A DNA stretch of 64,000 bases, from the IMG/VR virus record IMGVR_UViG_3300027708_000024. The stretch is one strand, 5' to 3'. This DNA comes from a virus. Shown in pieces: positions 30,307 through 40,045 of the stretch. The notes beneath the pieces are model-generated. The model worked only from the letters and a program-made list of their open reading frames with translations, searched no databases and was not told the origin of the DNA. Positions within the stretch are counted from its first letter, which is position 1; each line of letters opens with the position of its first letter. Position numbers and translations under genes: made by a program.

Positions 30307-31786
30307 TATATTAATTACCAAAGTAAATGAAGCATATGTAAAAGTTCATTGTGAACGACATCTTGCACAAGAACTTTCAGAATACTTTACTTTTACAGTT
30401 CCTGGTCATCAATTTACTCCAGCATTTCGCAATCGTATATGGGATGGAAAGATTCGTCTTTTAGATTTACGAAATAACCAAATTACACATGGTCTCATTT
30501 CATACATTGAACAATTCTGTATAGAACGTGATTATAAATTTGAATATGGTGAACCAAGAGCAGATTTAACTGAAGAATTCAGTGTGTATCTTGCAAAGAA
30601 GTTTATTGAAGAATTAAATTTAAAATTAGAAGTTCGTGACTATCAAGTTGACGCATTTGTACATGCCATAAGAAACAAAAAAGCAGTATTACTTTCACCA
30701 ACTGCATCTGGTAAATCACTCATCATATATCTACTAGTAAGACAATTTATTGATTATCGTTGCAAGAAAGGTCTTATCATTGTACCGACAACATCACTTG
30801 TCGAGCAATTGTATACTGACTTTGCAGATTATGGTTGGAACGTTGCAGAACATACTCATCGAATATATCAAGGTAAAGATAAAGTAACAGATTTACCTTT
30901 GACTATATCAACATGGCAATCGTTATATAAGTTACCCAAAGAATACTTTGAGCAATTTGATTTTATTATTGGTGACGAAGCACATCTATTTAAAGCACAA
31001 TCATTAACTACCATTATGTCAAGTTGTATTAATGCTGGTTATAGAATAGGATTAACAGGAACATTAGATGGCACAAAGACTCATAAACTTGTTTTAGAAG
31101 GTTTATTTGGTCCGGTAGAGCAAGTAACTACAACCAGAAAATTAATCGATTCAGGTAAGGTTGCAGACTTTGAGATCAAATGTTTGGTACTAAAGCATGA
31201 TGATGCAATATGTAAAGAGATGAAAGGCAAAGAATATAAGGATGAAATAGAGTATTTGGTTCTCAATGAGTCTAGGAATAAGTTCATCAAGAACTTAGCA
31301 TTATCACTTGGTACAAATACCTTAATTCTTTATCAATATGTTGACAAGCATGGTAAGATCCTGTATGATCTAATTACCGGTGCCAAAAACATCAAAGATA
31401 GAAAAGTCTTTTTTATCCATGGTGGTGTAGATGCCGAGATGCGTGAAGAAGTTCGTAGAATAACTGAAGGTGAACAAGATGCTATTATTGTTGCTAGTTA
31501 TGGAACTTTTTCTACTGGAGTCAATATTAAAAATTTGCACAATATTATATTTGCAAGTCCTTCAAAATCAAGAGTGAGAAATCTACAATCGATTGGTCGT
31601 GGTTTAAGACAATCTGAAGGAAAAGAAAAAGCAACATTATATGATATAGCAGATGATATGAGAGTAGGAAAATATATGAATTTTACATTAAGACACTTTG
31701 TCGAAAGAGTAAAGATATATAATGATGAGAAGTTCGATTATAAACTTTACAAGATAGGACTCAAAAATGTATCAACAGGAAATTAA
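30293..31786 (+). CDS. uvsW: SF2 DNA helicase UvsW (start probably TTG 30293)
   Basis: SPTASGKS; GDEAH; GLTGT; QSIGRGLR; SD GGAG 30282-30285. Confidence 0.93.
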   Translation: MQDNDILITKVNEAYVKVHCERHLAQELSEYFTFTVPGHQFTPAFRNRIWDGKIRLLDLRNNQITHGLISYIEQFCIERDYKFEYGEPRADLTEEFSVYLAKKFIEELNLKLEVRDYQVDAFVHAIRNKKAVLLSPTASGKSLIIYLLVRQFIDYRCKKGLIIVPTTSLVEQLYTDFADYGWNVAEHTHRIYQGKDKVTDLPLTISTWQSLYKLPKEYFEQFDFIIGDEAHLFKAQSLTTIMSSCINAGYRIGLTGTLDGTKTHKLVLEGLFGPVEQVTTTRKLIDSGKVADFEIKCLVLKHDDAICKEMKGKEYKDEIEYLVLNESRNKFIKNLALSLGTNTLILYQYVDKHGKILYDLITGAKNIKDRKVFFIHGGVDAEMREEVRRITEGEQDAIIVASYGTFSTGVNIKNLHNIIFASPSKSRVRNLQSIGRGLRQSEGKEKATLYDIADDMRVGKYMNFTLRHFVERVKIYNDEKFDYKLYKIGLKNVSTGN

Positions 31787-32144
31787 AATAGTCCGTTTTA
31801 AATCAGGTGAAGATGTGGTTGCGGAATTAACAGAAGGTGAATACGGTAAAATTGTTATGAAGAATCCAATGGAAGTCAAAATTATTCCTGATAGAAAATT
31901 AGGTAAAAATATTGTTTATATGCAACAGTGGTTACCAGTTACTATATTAGCACAAAATCAAACTGAGGTCTTTGAGACTGATATCCTGAGTGTGATGCAT
32001 CCAAGTGATGAGTTTACTACGTATTATATTAATATGGCATTAAATGTAGAGACGTTATTAGAATCAGATGAAGAACTAGACGACGATGATGGTGACTTAC
32101 TATCACAAGTAGAAGAAGCTAAGATACTAAATCAGATACATTAG
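31767..32144 (+). CDS. Conserved Sm-like hypothetical protein between uvsW and gp55
   Basis: IKIVRFKSGEDVVA N-terminus; acidic tail. Confidence 0.7.
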   Translation: MYQQEIKIVRFKSGEDVVAELTEGEYGKIVMKNPMEVKIIPDRKLGKNIVYMQQWLPVTILAQNQTEVFETDILSVMHPSDEFTTYYINMALNVETLLESDEELDDDDGDLLSQVEEAKILNQIH

Positions 32145-32171
32145 ATTTATACTTTTATAGGGTACATACTC

Positions 32172-32200
32172 AATATACACATATGTCAAGCAACTGTCAA
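32172..32200 (-). promoter_or_regulatory. Antisense sigma70-type promoter upstream of gp55
   Basis: Minus strand TTGACA (32200-32195)-17-TATATT (32177-32172); second TTGACA at 32189-32184. Confidence 0.55.
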
Positions 32201-32229
32201 CAACAAATTATGGTAAACATGAATAATAT

Positions 32230-32781
32230 ATGAAAATAAAACACTACGTTAATAATGCCGATTTTCTTGCTTCGTTAATCAAGTACAAAGAAGATTGTGC
32301 CATTGCAAAAAAAGAAGGTAAGATCAAACCTCAGATACCAAATTATATTGGTGAGTGTTTTATGAAGATTGCAGAAGGTCTATCTCACAAACCCAACTTC
32401 ATCAATTATACTTATCGTGATGAGATGATTGCCGACGGTATTGAAAACTGTTTAATGTACTTTGAAAACTTTGATCCGGCAAAGAGTAATAATCCATTTG
32501 CATATTTCACTCAAATCATATATTATGCTTTCTTGAGGCGAATTCAAAAAGAAAAGAAGCAGATGTATGTGAAGTACAAGGCTACCGAACAATATGGTAT
32601 ACTTGATGAATTTGAGATGTTAGAATCAGAAGATGGTAAAACTAGACAATTTGAATTGTATGATAATATATCAGAGTTCATTGAAAATTATGAAGAATCA
32701 CGCAAGAAGAAAAAAGAAAATACCAAAACTAAAATTGTTGGTATTGAAAAGTTTCTTGATGATGAGGATGATGAAGTATAA
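32230..32781 (+). CDS. gp55: Late-transcription sigma factor
   Basis: HYVNNADF; YIGECFMKIAEGLS..PNF..Y; NPFAYFTQI.YYAFLRRIQKEK. Confidence 0.95.
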   Translation: MKIKHYVNNADFLASLIKYKEDCAIAKKEGKIKPQIPNYIGECFMKIAEGLSHKPNFINYTYRDEMIADGIENCLMYFENFDPAKSNNPFAYFTQIIYYAFLRRIQKEKKQMYVKYKATEQYGILDEFEMLESEDGKTRQFELYDNISEFIENYEESRKKKKENTKTKIVGIEKFLDDEDDEV

Positions 32782-32803
32782 ATTTTGAAAGAAGGTATTT
32801 GAA

Positions 32804-33886
32804 ATGAAAGTAGCAATAATCACCGACCAACATTTTGGGAGTCGGAATGACTCAATACATTTTTTAGATTTTTATCAAAAGTTCTATGAACATACTTTTT
32901 TCCCTACTATTGATGCAGTGGGTATTGATACTGTTCTTATTCTTGGCGATACTTTTGATAGAAGAAAGTATGTGAATTTTTATTCACTCAAACGAACAAA
33001 AGAAATGTTCTTTGATGAATTAGTAAAACGTAATATTCAAGTGTATATGCTGGCAGGTAATCATGATACGTATTTTAAAAATACGAATGAAGTGAACTCT
33101 GTTGAATTGCTATTGCGTGAATATGAAAATATTACAGTCATCGATTCACCACAAACAATCCATTTAAACTATGAAGATATCAATTACGATATCTGTATGA
33201 TCCCATGGATATGTGCAGATAACTATGATACCAGTTTATCAGAAATAAAAAATACTTCTGCACAGATTTGTATGGGTCACTTTGAAATTGCAGGATTTGC
33301 AATGTATCGTGGTATGCCTTCTCATGAAGGATTAGATCGTAGTATGTTCAAACGTTTTGATATGGTATTCAGTGGTCACTATCACCATCGCAGTAGTGCT
33401 GATGGTATATACTATCTAGGTAATCCATATGAACTCACATGGCAAGATTATAATGATACCCGAGGTTTTCATCTATTTGATTTATCCAATCGTGAACTAG
33501 AGTTTGTACCAAATCCAAATGTGATGTTCCATCGTATCATATATGATGATAAGACAGAATCGATTACCGAAATTAGCAATAAAGATTTGAGTGTATACAA
33601 AGACAAATACGTCAAAGTGGTTGTGGTAAATAAAACAAATCCATTTTTGTTTGATACCTTCATGAATAATCTATACAATTCAAACCCTATCGATATTACC
33701 ATTGCCGAAGATGTTATTGACTTGACAGAAGAATCAGAAAATGATATTATTGATGAAGCTGAAGATACTATGACTATCTTAAACAAGTACATAGATGCTG
33801 TCACACCAGAAAATATCGATAACGATAAACTCAAAAGTATTATGCGTGAACTATACGTTGAGGCACTAAACACTGAGAACGAATGA
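32804..33886 (+). CDS. gp47: Recombination endonuclease subunit (Mre11/SbcD-like)
   Basis: TDQHFG; GDTFD; GNHD; SGHYH. Confidence 0.95.
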   Translation: MKVAIITDQHFGSRNDSIHFLDFYQKFYEHTFFPTIDAVGIDTVLILGDTFDRRKYVNFYSLKRTKEMFFDELVKRNIQVYMLAGNHDTYFKNTNEVNSVELLLREYENITVIDSPQTIHLNYEDINYDICMIPWICADNYDTSLSEIKNTSAQICMGHFEIAGFAMYRGMPSHEGLDRSMFKRFDMVFSGHYHHRSSADGIYYLGNPYELTWQDYNDTRGFHLFDLSNRELEFVPNPNVMFHRIIYDDKTESITEISNKDLSVYKDKYVKVVVVNKTNPFLFDTFMNNLYNSNPIDITIAEDVIDLTEESENDIIDEAEDTMTILNKYIDAVTPENIDNDKLKSIMRELYVEALNTENE

Positions 33887-35598
33887 TAATATTTGAAAAA
33901 TGCAGATGGAAGAATTTTCTTTCAACTGGAAACTATTTTACAGAAGTTGACTTTACTAGATCAACAAACACACTAATTATCGGACAGAATGGTGCAGGTA
34001 AGTCTACTATATTAGATGCGTTGTGTTTTGGTTTGTTTGGTAAACCATTTCGTAAAATTAATAAACCGCAACTTCTAAATTCTATCAATCAAAAAGATGG
34101 TGTTGTTGAAGTTGAGTTTACTATTGGCACAAAGAAATATAAAATCATTCGTGGTATCAAACCAAATGTGTTTGAAATCTATTGTAATGGAACAATGGTT
34201 AATCAAGATGCAGCAGTCAAAGATTACCAAGAACATCTTGAACGATTGATTCTCAAATTAAACTACAAATCGTTTACACAAATTGTTATTCTTGGGTCTG
34301 CATCATTTGTTCCATTTATGCAGTTATCTGCAAGTGATCGTAGAACAATTATTGAAGATTTGCTTGACATTCAAATATTTTCTTCCATGAATGGTTTAGT
34401 TAAAACTAAATTATCGGAAATAAAAGATTCAAACACAAGAGTCAAATATTCATTAGAGTTGACTGGTGAGAAGATTACACTTCAGAAACAAAATATAGAA
34501 GAACACAAGAAACACAATGACGCAGAAATAGAAAAGAAAAGACAAGAAATACTTAACAGCGAAACTCAAGTACGCAAGTTGCAAACTGATATAGAATTGA
34601 TACAAAAACATATCAATGTATTGAACAGTAAAATTAATGATTCGGTAGCAATGCAAAAGAAAAGTACCAAGTTGTTACAACTAGAATCGAAGTTGGAATC
34701 AAAAGTTAAAAAGATCGATAAGGAAATTACTTTTTATGAAGAAAACGACAATTGCCCAACCTGTAAACAGCATATCGATGACACGTTCCGACATGGAGAG
34801 CTTGCTAGAAGCAATCAAACAAAAGGAGAAATTGGCGTTGGCCTTAAGGACATCGAAAAAGAAATCGAAAAAACAAACAAACGCATTGAAGAAATCCAAA
34901 AGATAGTTAAACATATCCAAGAACATAATAACGAAGTAGTAAAACACAATTCAACTATTTCTGCCGTTAATAAGTACATAGGAAAAATTCAACAAGAAAT
35001 TAGTGAGTTATCCAATCGTAAAGACAATCTTGAAGAAGAAAATGCCAAACTAAAAGAACTGAAAAAACAACTTGGTGATATTTTAAAAGAACAAGAAGTA
35101 ATATCAACAGAAAAGCAGTATTATGATTTTGCATCTGCTCTATTGAAAGATGGTGGTATTAAAACTAAAATCATCAAACAATATTTGCCTGTGATGAATA
35201 AGTTGATTAACAAATATCTTGCGGCAATGGACTTCTTTGCAAACTTTAATATCAATGAAAATTTTGAAGAAATTATTAAGAGTAGACACAGAGATGAATT
35301 CTCATATGATAGTTTCTCTGAAGGTGAAAAGATGCGTATCGATTTGGCACTATTGTTTACATGGCGTCAAATAGCAAAATTAAAGAATTCAACAAACACG
35401 AATCTGCTTATTTTAGATGAAGTATTTGATAGCAGCCTAGATACAGTAGGTACGGATGAGTTTTTAAAATTGTTGCATAGTCTAGATAACGATACCAACG
35501 TGTTCGTTATTAGTCATAAAGGTGACCAGTTATTCGATAAATTTAGATCGGTAATTCGGTTTGAGAAAAAGAATAATTTTTCAAGGATAGCAAAATGA
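33883..35598 (+). CDS. gp46: Recombination ATPase subunit (Rad50/SbcC-like)
   Basis: GQNGAGKS; CPTC zinc hook; FSEGEKMRID; LILDEVFD. Confidence 0.96.
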   Translation: MIIFEKCRWKNFLSTGNYFTEVDFTRSTNTLIIGQNGAGKSTILDALCFGLFGKPFRKINKPQLLNSINQKDGVVEVEFTIGTKKYKIIRGIKPNVFEIYCNGTMVNQDAAVKDYQEHLERLILKLNYKSFTQIVILGSASFVPFMQLSASDRRTIIEDLLDIQIFSSMNGLVKTKLSEIKDSNTRVKYSLELTGEKITLQKQNIEEHKKHNDAEIEKKRQEILNSETQVRKLQTDIELIQKHINVLNSKINDSVAMQKKSTKLLQLESKLESKVKKIDKEITFYEENDNCPTCKQHIDDTFRHGELARSNQTKGEIGVGLKDIEKEIEKTNKRIEEIQKIVKHIQEHNNEVVKHNSTISAVNKYIGKIQQEISELSNRKDNLEEENAKLKELKKQLGDILKEQEVISTEKQYYDFASALLKDGGIKTKIIKQYLPVMNKLINKYLAAMDFFANFNINENFEEIIKSRHRDEFSYDSFSEGEKMRIDLALLFTWRQIAKLKNSTNTNLLILDEVFDSSLDTVGTDEFLKLLHSLDNDTNVFVISHKGDQLFDKFRSVIRFEKKNNFSRIAK

Positions 35599-36200
35599 GT
35601 AATAGTGACGTAATTACATTTGATACTGAAAGTTGGATGAGAGAATCGGTTAGAGTCGAACCAACATTCACTATCTATAACTTAGTTAAGAGTTCAGATC
35701 CAATTCTGACTACACCAATCATTGATTTTGATTTTACTAATCCACCAATCAATCCAAATACTCTTGCAAGTAATCTTGTAGAAACATGTAAGAAATATAA
35801 TGGTATTGGTCTATCTGCAAATCAATGTGGTCTACCATACAAAGTATTTGTAATTGGTGCGAATGATGAATACGTTGCATTCTTCAATCCAAAAATTGTT
35901 ACCATATCAGAAAATATGGTGAAGATGGAAGAAGGTTGCCTTTCTTTTCCAAATTTATTCCTAAATATAAGCAGACCAGATAGTCTCACAGTAGAATACA
36001 AAGACTTTAATGGCATATCAAGAACAACAACTCTTACCGGATTAACTGCACGTTGTTTCTTGCATGAGCTTGACCACATGAATGGTATCGTGTATACTAG
36101 CAAAGTTGGTCCAGTTTCGATGCAGATGGCAGAAAAGAAAAGGAAAAAATATGAAAGATTGGCAACAAGGTTACGAACTGGACTATCTAAAATCAATTGA
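35595..36200 (+). CDS. def: Peptide deformylase
   Basis: GIGLSANQ, EGCLS and HELDH motifs. Confidence 0.93.
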   Translation: MSNSDVITFDTESWMRESVRVEPTFTIYNLVKSSDPILTTPIIDFDFTNPPINPNTLASNLVETCKKYNGIGLSANQCGLPYKVFVIGANDEYVAFFNPKIVTISENMVKMEEGCLSFPNLFLNISRPDSLTVEYKDFNGISRTTTLTGLTARCFLHELDHMNGIVYTSKVGPVSMQMAEKKRKKYERLATRLRTGLSKIN

Positions 36201-37242
36201 AGCACTTTATAGTGACTACAACAAGTTTTCACTTTCACCATTTGCAGAATACAAGAAAAACAATATTGCTGCCGACTTGCATGAAGGCAAACTCATCTTA
36301 GAAGATGAAGGCAGTTATGTTATCACAGAAGCAAAAGTAACATCACCAATCACATTATATCAAAATGTAGAAATTGGTTACAAACTACCTGGCGACAAGA
36401 TCATTACAAAATTAAGAGGAACACCAGACTTCATTGAGAAGGTTCTTTTTAATTGCGGTGGTAATGTTTGGAGTTATTGCTGGGCAGAAGATAAAGAAAC
36501 AAAAAAATATCTCAACAAATATTTTAGATATGTTGGTAGCAAAATAACTACGTTTGGTGAAATCTATGCCATTTATTTTAAAGGCGAAAGAACTCATCCG
36601 TATATTGATTCAGTTGAGCATATTGGATTAAAACAAGTTGGCATATGTAATATTGATCTGATTGAAAGTATCAATACTAAGTTGACCACACTCAATCTAA
36701 ATTTTAAAAATCACTATAGTAACTACAATAAAAAGAATGCATGGTCTGCACTTTCATTGCGTGGGTATTATTCAGATATATCTCGTATTGAAAAACCTAT
36801 TGAAATGAGTAAGAAGTGGAAAGAGGAACATAAAGATGAAGAATCTTATTTACAAGATACAGTCCTTCGCAATCAATTTCCAGAAGTTGATGAACTACTC
36901 AGAGACTTTGATGGGAACATGCATCGCATCCGTTTTATGCGTCTTACTCCTGGTGGCGGTGAATTAGAAAGACATACCGATCAAGTTGATCCAGATTCAG
37001 GTGGCACACTAGGTAAATTGGCACGTATTCATTTTCCAATTAAAACTAATCCAGATGTTAAGTTTACCGTGTGGGACTTGACAGGTGATGCAAGAACTGA
37101 TAATATGAAAGTTGGAGAGTATTGGTTTCTAGATACTCGTAAACCGCATCAGGCAATTAATGGTGGTACTGAAGAACGTATTCATTTGGTTATTGATGTT
37201 GAAGTGACAGAAAGTATTAAGGATATGATATTACATGGATAA
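36151..37242 (+). CDS. Two-domain protein with C-terminal Asp/Asn beta-hydroxylase-like 2OG-Fe(II) oxygenase
   Basis: RFMRLTPGG..ERHTD..RIHFPI..H.AING..RIHLVID; ATG at 36151 with SD AAGGA. Confidence 0.75.
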   Translation: MKDWQQGYELDYLKSIEALYSDYNKFSLSPFAEYKKNNIAADLHEGKLILEDEGSYVITEAKVTSPITLYQNVEIGYKLPGDKIITKLRGTPDFIEKVLFNCGGNVWSYCWAEDKETKKYLNKYFRYVGSKITTFGEIYAIYFKGERTHPYIDSVEHIGLKQVGICNIDLIESINTKLTTLNLNFKNHYSNYNKKNAWSALSLRGYYSDISRIEKPIEMSKKWKEEHKDEESYLQDTVLRNQFPEVDELLRDFDGNMHRIRFMRLTPGGGELERHTDQVDPDSGGTLGKLARIHFPIKTNPDVKFTVWDLTGDARTDNMKVGEYWFLDTRKPHQAINGGTEERIHLVIDVEVTESIKDMILHG

Positions 37243-38803
37243 TTATTTCTATGAAAAGAATCGAGAGTTATTAGAATCACCAGTCAATAAAACATTTGAA
37301 GAAGTTTTATGGATGTGTAAAGGTGACTTTAGAGAATGGGTCATCGACTTGCGTAAAACTGTTGTTGATCTATGGGATAACAAAGGTTTACCACCTCGTG
37401 TTGGTTATACTAGAGATGATATTATCGATCAATTCAATCAGATGGAATCTTTTCCTGTCTATAAGTTTGAAACTGTAGATGAACTGACTGGTGAGAAAGA
37501 TGTAATTCGTAATACTAGTGTTATTGGTAATGCAGTCAATCAATGGTTTCCTACCATGATGAAAACTCGTATCAACTATACTAAAAAAGATGATGGTAAA
37601 TCCATCTACGATTACTTTGCAAAAGATGAACTCCTTGATACATTCGTTACTTATGCTACTCGTCATTTCAAGCGTGATTCTTTCTATCATTATTCTAACC
37701 CGATAAAATCAAATGATAAATCGACTTATGGTAGTTTACCTGTTGCTAGTTCAGCAGTAGAATGGATAAAACAATTTGAAGAATCGTTTCGTCAAAAAGA
37801 TGAGTACGACTATTGGTTGAATCCAATCAATGTAGAAAAAACATACACTGGTTATAATGAAGAACTGAAAGGCAAAGTATACCTGACTTTGACTAAAGAT
37901 GAAATCGAAAGTTTGAATATACCAGATAAATGTAAGACCAATGTTGACTATTTAAAATCAGAAACATATCATATTCGACCATTCAAGTTTGGTCAGAAAT
38001 TATTTCCTGTAGGGCTAAAAGCATTCAGAGTTTCATTCTGCCAATATGCTGTAAATTTTCCACCATTAACTGCAAAATATCTTTATGAAAAATACACTGA
38101 ACATCTTATTGGACAAGATACTATCCGCATCTACGATCCTTCTAGCGGGTGGGGTGGTCGGCTTCTTGGCGCTATGTCTATCAGCGATAACCGTAATGTG
38201 GTTTATATTGGTACTGATCCTAACACCGATCATTGTACTGGGACAAATCGTACAAAATATCACGAAATTGCTGACTTCTACAGGGCGAACATCAACAGAG
38301 GCGGACTCTGGGAATCAAAACACACAGACACAGAAATCTACCAACTTGGATCAGAAGTAATACAATTTGATGAGAATTTCCAAAAACATAAAGGCAAATT
38401 GGATCTAGTATTTACTAGTCCTCCATATTTTGCAAAAGAAGCATATTCGGAAGATCCAGAACAGTCATATAAGAAGTTTGGTCAGTATGAAGAATGGCGT
38501 GAAGGATTTCTAAGACCAACTTTGGAAACTGCCGTTGAGTGGTTAAGAAGTGACAGATATCTTCTTTGGAATATTGCCGATGCTGTCTTTGGTGGTGATA
38601 TGTTACCATTGGAAGAAGATAGCAAAAAGATTTTAGAATCTCTTGGTATGCAATACCGTGGGAAACTAAAAATGTCTCTGGCACAGATGCCTGGTGGTAA
38701 CAGGATCGATGAGGAGACAGGACTACCTAAAGCAAAGAACTTTTGCAAGGTGGATGGTATGTGGTTGAAATACGAACCGGTATTTGTTTTCTATAAACCG
38801 TAA
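37235..38803 (+). CDS. SAM-dependent amino (N4C/N6A)-type DNA methyltransferase-like protein
   Basis: YDPSSGWGGRLLG (motif I) and FTSPPYF (motif IV). Confidence 0.75.
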   Translation: MDNYFYEKNRELLESPVNKTFEEVLWMCKGDFREWVIDLRKTVVDLWDNKGLPPRVGYTRDDIIDQFNQMESFPVYKFETVDELTGEKDVIRNTSVIGNAVNQWFPTMMKTRINYTKKDDGKSIYDYFAKDELLDTFVTYATRHFKRDSFYHYSNPIKSNDKSTYGSLPVASSAVEWIKQFEESFRQKDEYDYWLNPINVEKTYTGYNEELKGKVYLTLTKDEIESLNIPDKCKTNVDYLKSETYHIRPFKFGQKLFPVGLKAFRVSFCQYAVNFPPLTAKYLYEKYTEHLIGQDTIRIYDPSSGWGGRLLGAMSISDNRNVVYIGTDPNTDHCTGTNRTKYHEIADFYRANINRGGLWESKHTDTEIYQLGSEVIQFDENFQKHKGKLDLVFTSPPYFAKEAYSEDPEQSYKKFGQYEEWREGFLRPTLETAVEWLRSDRYLLWNIADAVFGGDMLPLEEDSKKILESLGMQYRGKLKMSLAQMPGGNRIDEETGLPKAKNFCKVDGMWLKYEPVFVFYKP

Positions 38804-38820
38804 GTTCACCAACATATCTA

Positions 38821-38849
38821 TTGACTACACGCATATATAATGTTATGAT
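38821..38849 (+). promoter_or_regulatory. Sigma70-type promoter
   Basis: TTGACT-17-TATGAT with TG extension. Confidence 0.7.
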
Positions 38850-38910
38850 GTGTGTTCTCGCAGTAAAAACAAATGCGAGTTTTTTTATTTTATATTATAG
38901 GAGTTTTATT

Positions 38911-39180
38911 ATGACTAAATTGTCTGCTAAAGAAAAAATGTTGAACGCCCTGAAACAAACTTCAGGTTATAACACCTTCACAGTTGCACAAGGACAACGC
39001 CGTTTTGGTATTCAAAACGTTTCTCAACGCATTGAAGAATTGCGTAAAGAAGGTCACTGCATCTACACCAACACCCGTACACTTGAAAATGGTCGTAAGA
39101 TCAAATTCTATCGCCTAGGCACACCAACTAAAGCACTAGTTAAATCAGCAATTGCTGCTGGTTACTCCTTCGCTGCTTAA
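38911..39180 (+). CDS. Small winged-HTH DNA-binding protein
   Basis: FTVAQGQRRFGIQNVSQRIEELRKEGHCI...YRLG; SD AGGAG, ATG at 38911. Confidence 0.7.
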   Translation: MTKLSAKEKMLNALKQTSGYNTFTVAQGQRRFGIQNVSQRIEELRKEGHCIYTNTRTLENGRKIKFYRLGTPTKALVKSAIAAGYSFAA

Positions 39181-39196
39181 TTTGCCTTAATCTGAG

Positions 39197-39230
39197 AGGG
39201 AGTTCTGCATAAGCAGTTCTCCCTTTTTTT
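39197..39230 (+). terminator. Intrinsic terminator
   Basis: AGGGAG-TT-CTGC-ATAA-GCAG-TT-CTCCCT followed by T tract. Confidence 0.75.
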
Positions 39231-39247
39231 GTACCCATGGAGTAAAA

Positions 39248-40045
39248 ATGGAAATAACAATTAAAAAAGAAGAATTGCAAAAGAAAAGTTTGTTTATTGC
39301 AACACCAATGTATGGTGGCATGAACCATGGTTTGTACATGAAGGCATGTCTTGACTTGCAAGGTTTATTGATTGCATATGGTGTTCAAGTTAAATTCTCA
39401 TTTCTTTTCAATGAATCTTTAATTACCCGTGCAAGAAATTATCTTGTTGATGAATTTTTGCACCGTTCTGACTGCACTCACTTTTTGTTTATCGACTCTG
39501 ATATTAACTTTGATCCTCGTGACGTTGTTGCACTATTGGCACTAGACAGAGATATCATTGGTGGTCCGTATCCAAAGAAAGCAATCAAATGGAAATCTGT
39601 TAAGACTGCAATCACAAAAAATCCTGACATTGATCCACAAATGCTTGAAAAAGTTGTTGGTGATTATGTTTTCAATCCAGTTAAAGGTACTGCACAATTT
39701 AGTGTATCTGAACCACTTGAAGTTCTAGAAATTGGAACTGGTTTTATGATGGTGAAACGTGAAGTATTTAAGAAGTATGAAGATGCTTATCCAGAGTATC
39801 GCTATAAACCAGATCATGTAGGTCAAGCAAACTTTGATGGTACTCGTTACATTCATGCATACTTTGATACTATCATTGATCCTGATTCGCAACGTTATCT
39901 TTCAGAAGATTATATGTTCTGTCAATGGGCACGTAAGATAGGTATTCAGATTTGGTTGTGTCCATGGATGCGTACAGAACACATTGGTACGTATCACTTC
40001 AAAGGTGATATGCCTGCTGTTGCTAACTATGTTGGTGAGATGTAA
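39248..40045 (+). CDS. GT-A fold glycosyltransferase-like protein
   Basis: IATPMYGG; ESLITRARN; FIDSD (DxD); GTGFM; SEDYMFC. Confidence 0.75.
   Translation: MEITIKKEELQKKSLFIATPMYGGMNHGLYMKACLDLQGLLIAYGVQVKFSFLFNESLITRARNYLVDEFLHRSDCTHFLFIDSDINFDPRDVVALLALDRDIIGGPYPKKAIKWKSVKTAITKNPDIDPQMLEKVVGDYVFNPVKGTAQFSVSEPLEVLEIGTGFMMVKREVFKKYEDAYPEYRYKPDHVGQANFDGTRYIHAYFDTIIDPDSQRYLSEDYMFCQWARKIGIQIWLCPWMRTEHIGTYHFKGDMPAVANYVGEM

Noticed and set aside
38821-38910. N-terminal extension of the HTH ORF from TTG 38821
   Set aside because: That TTG is the -35 box; the SD AGGAG supports ATG 38911
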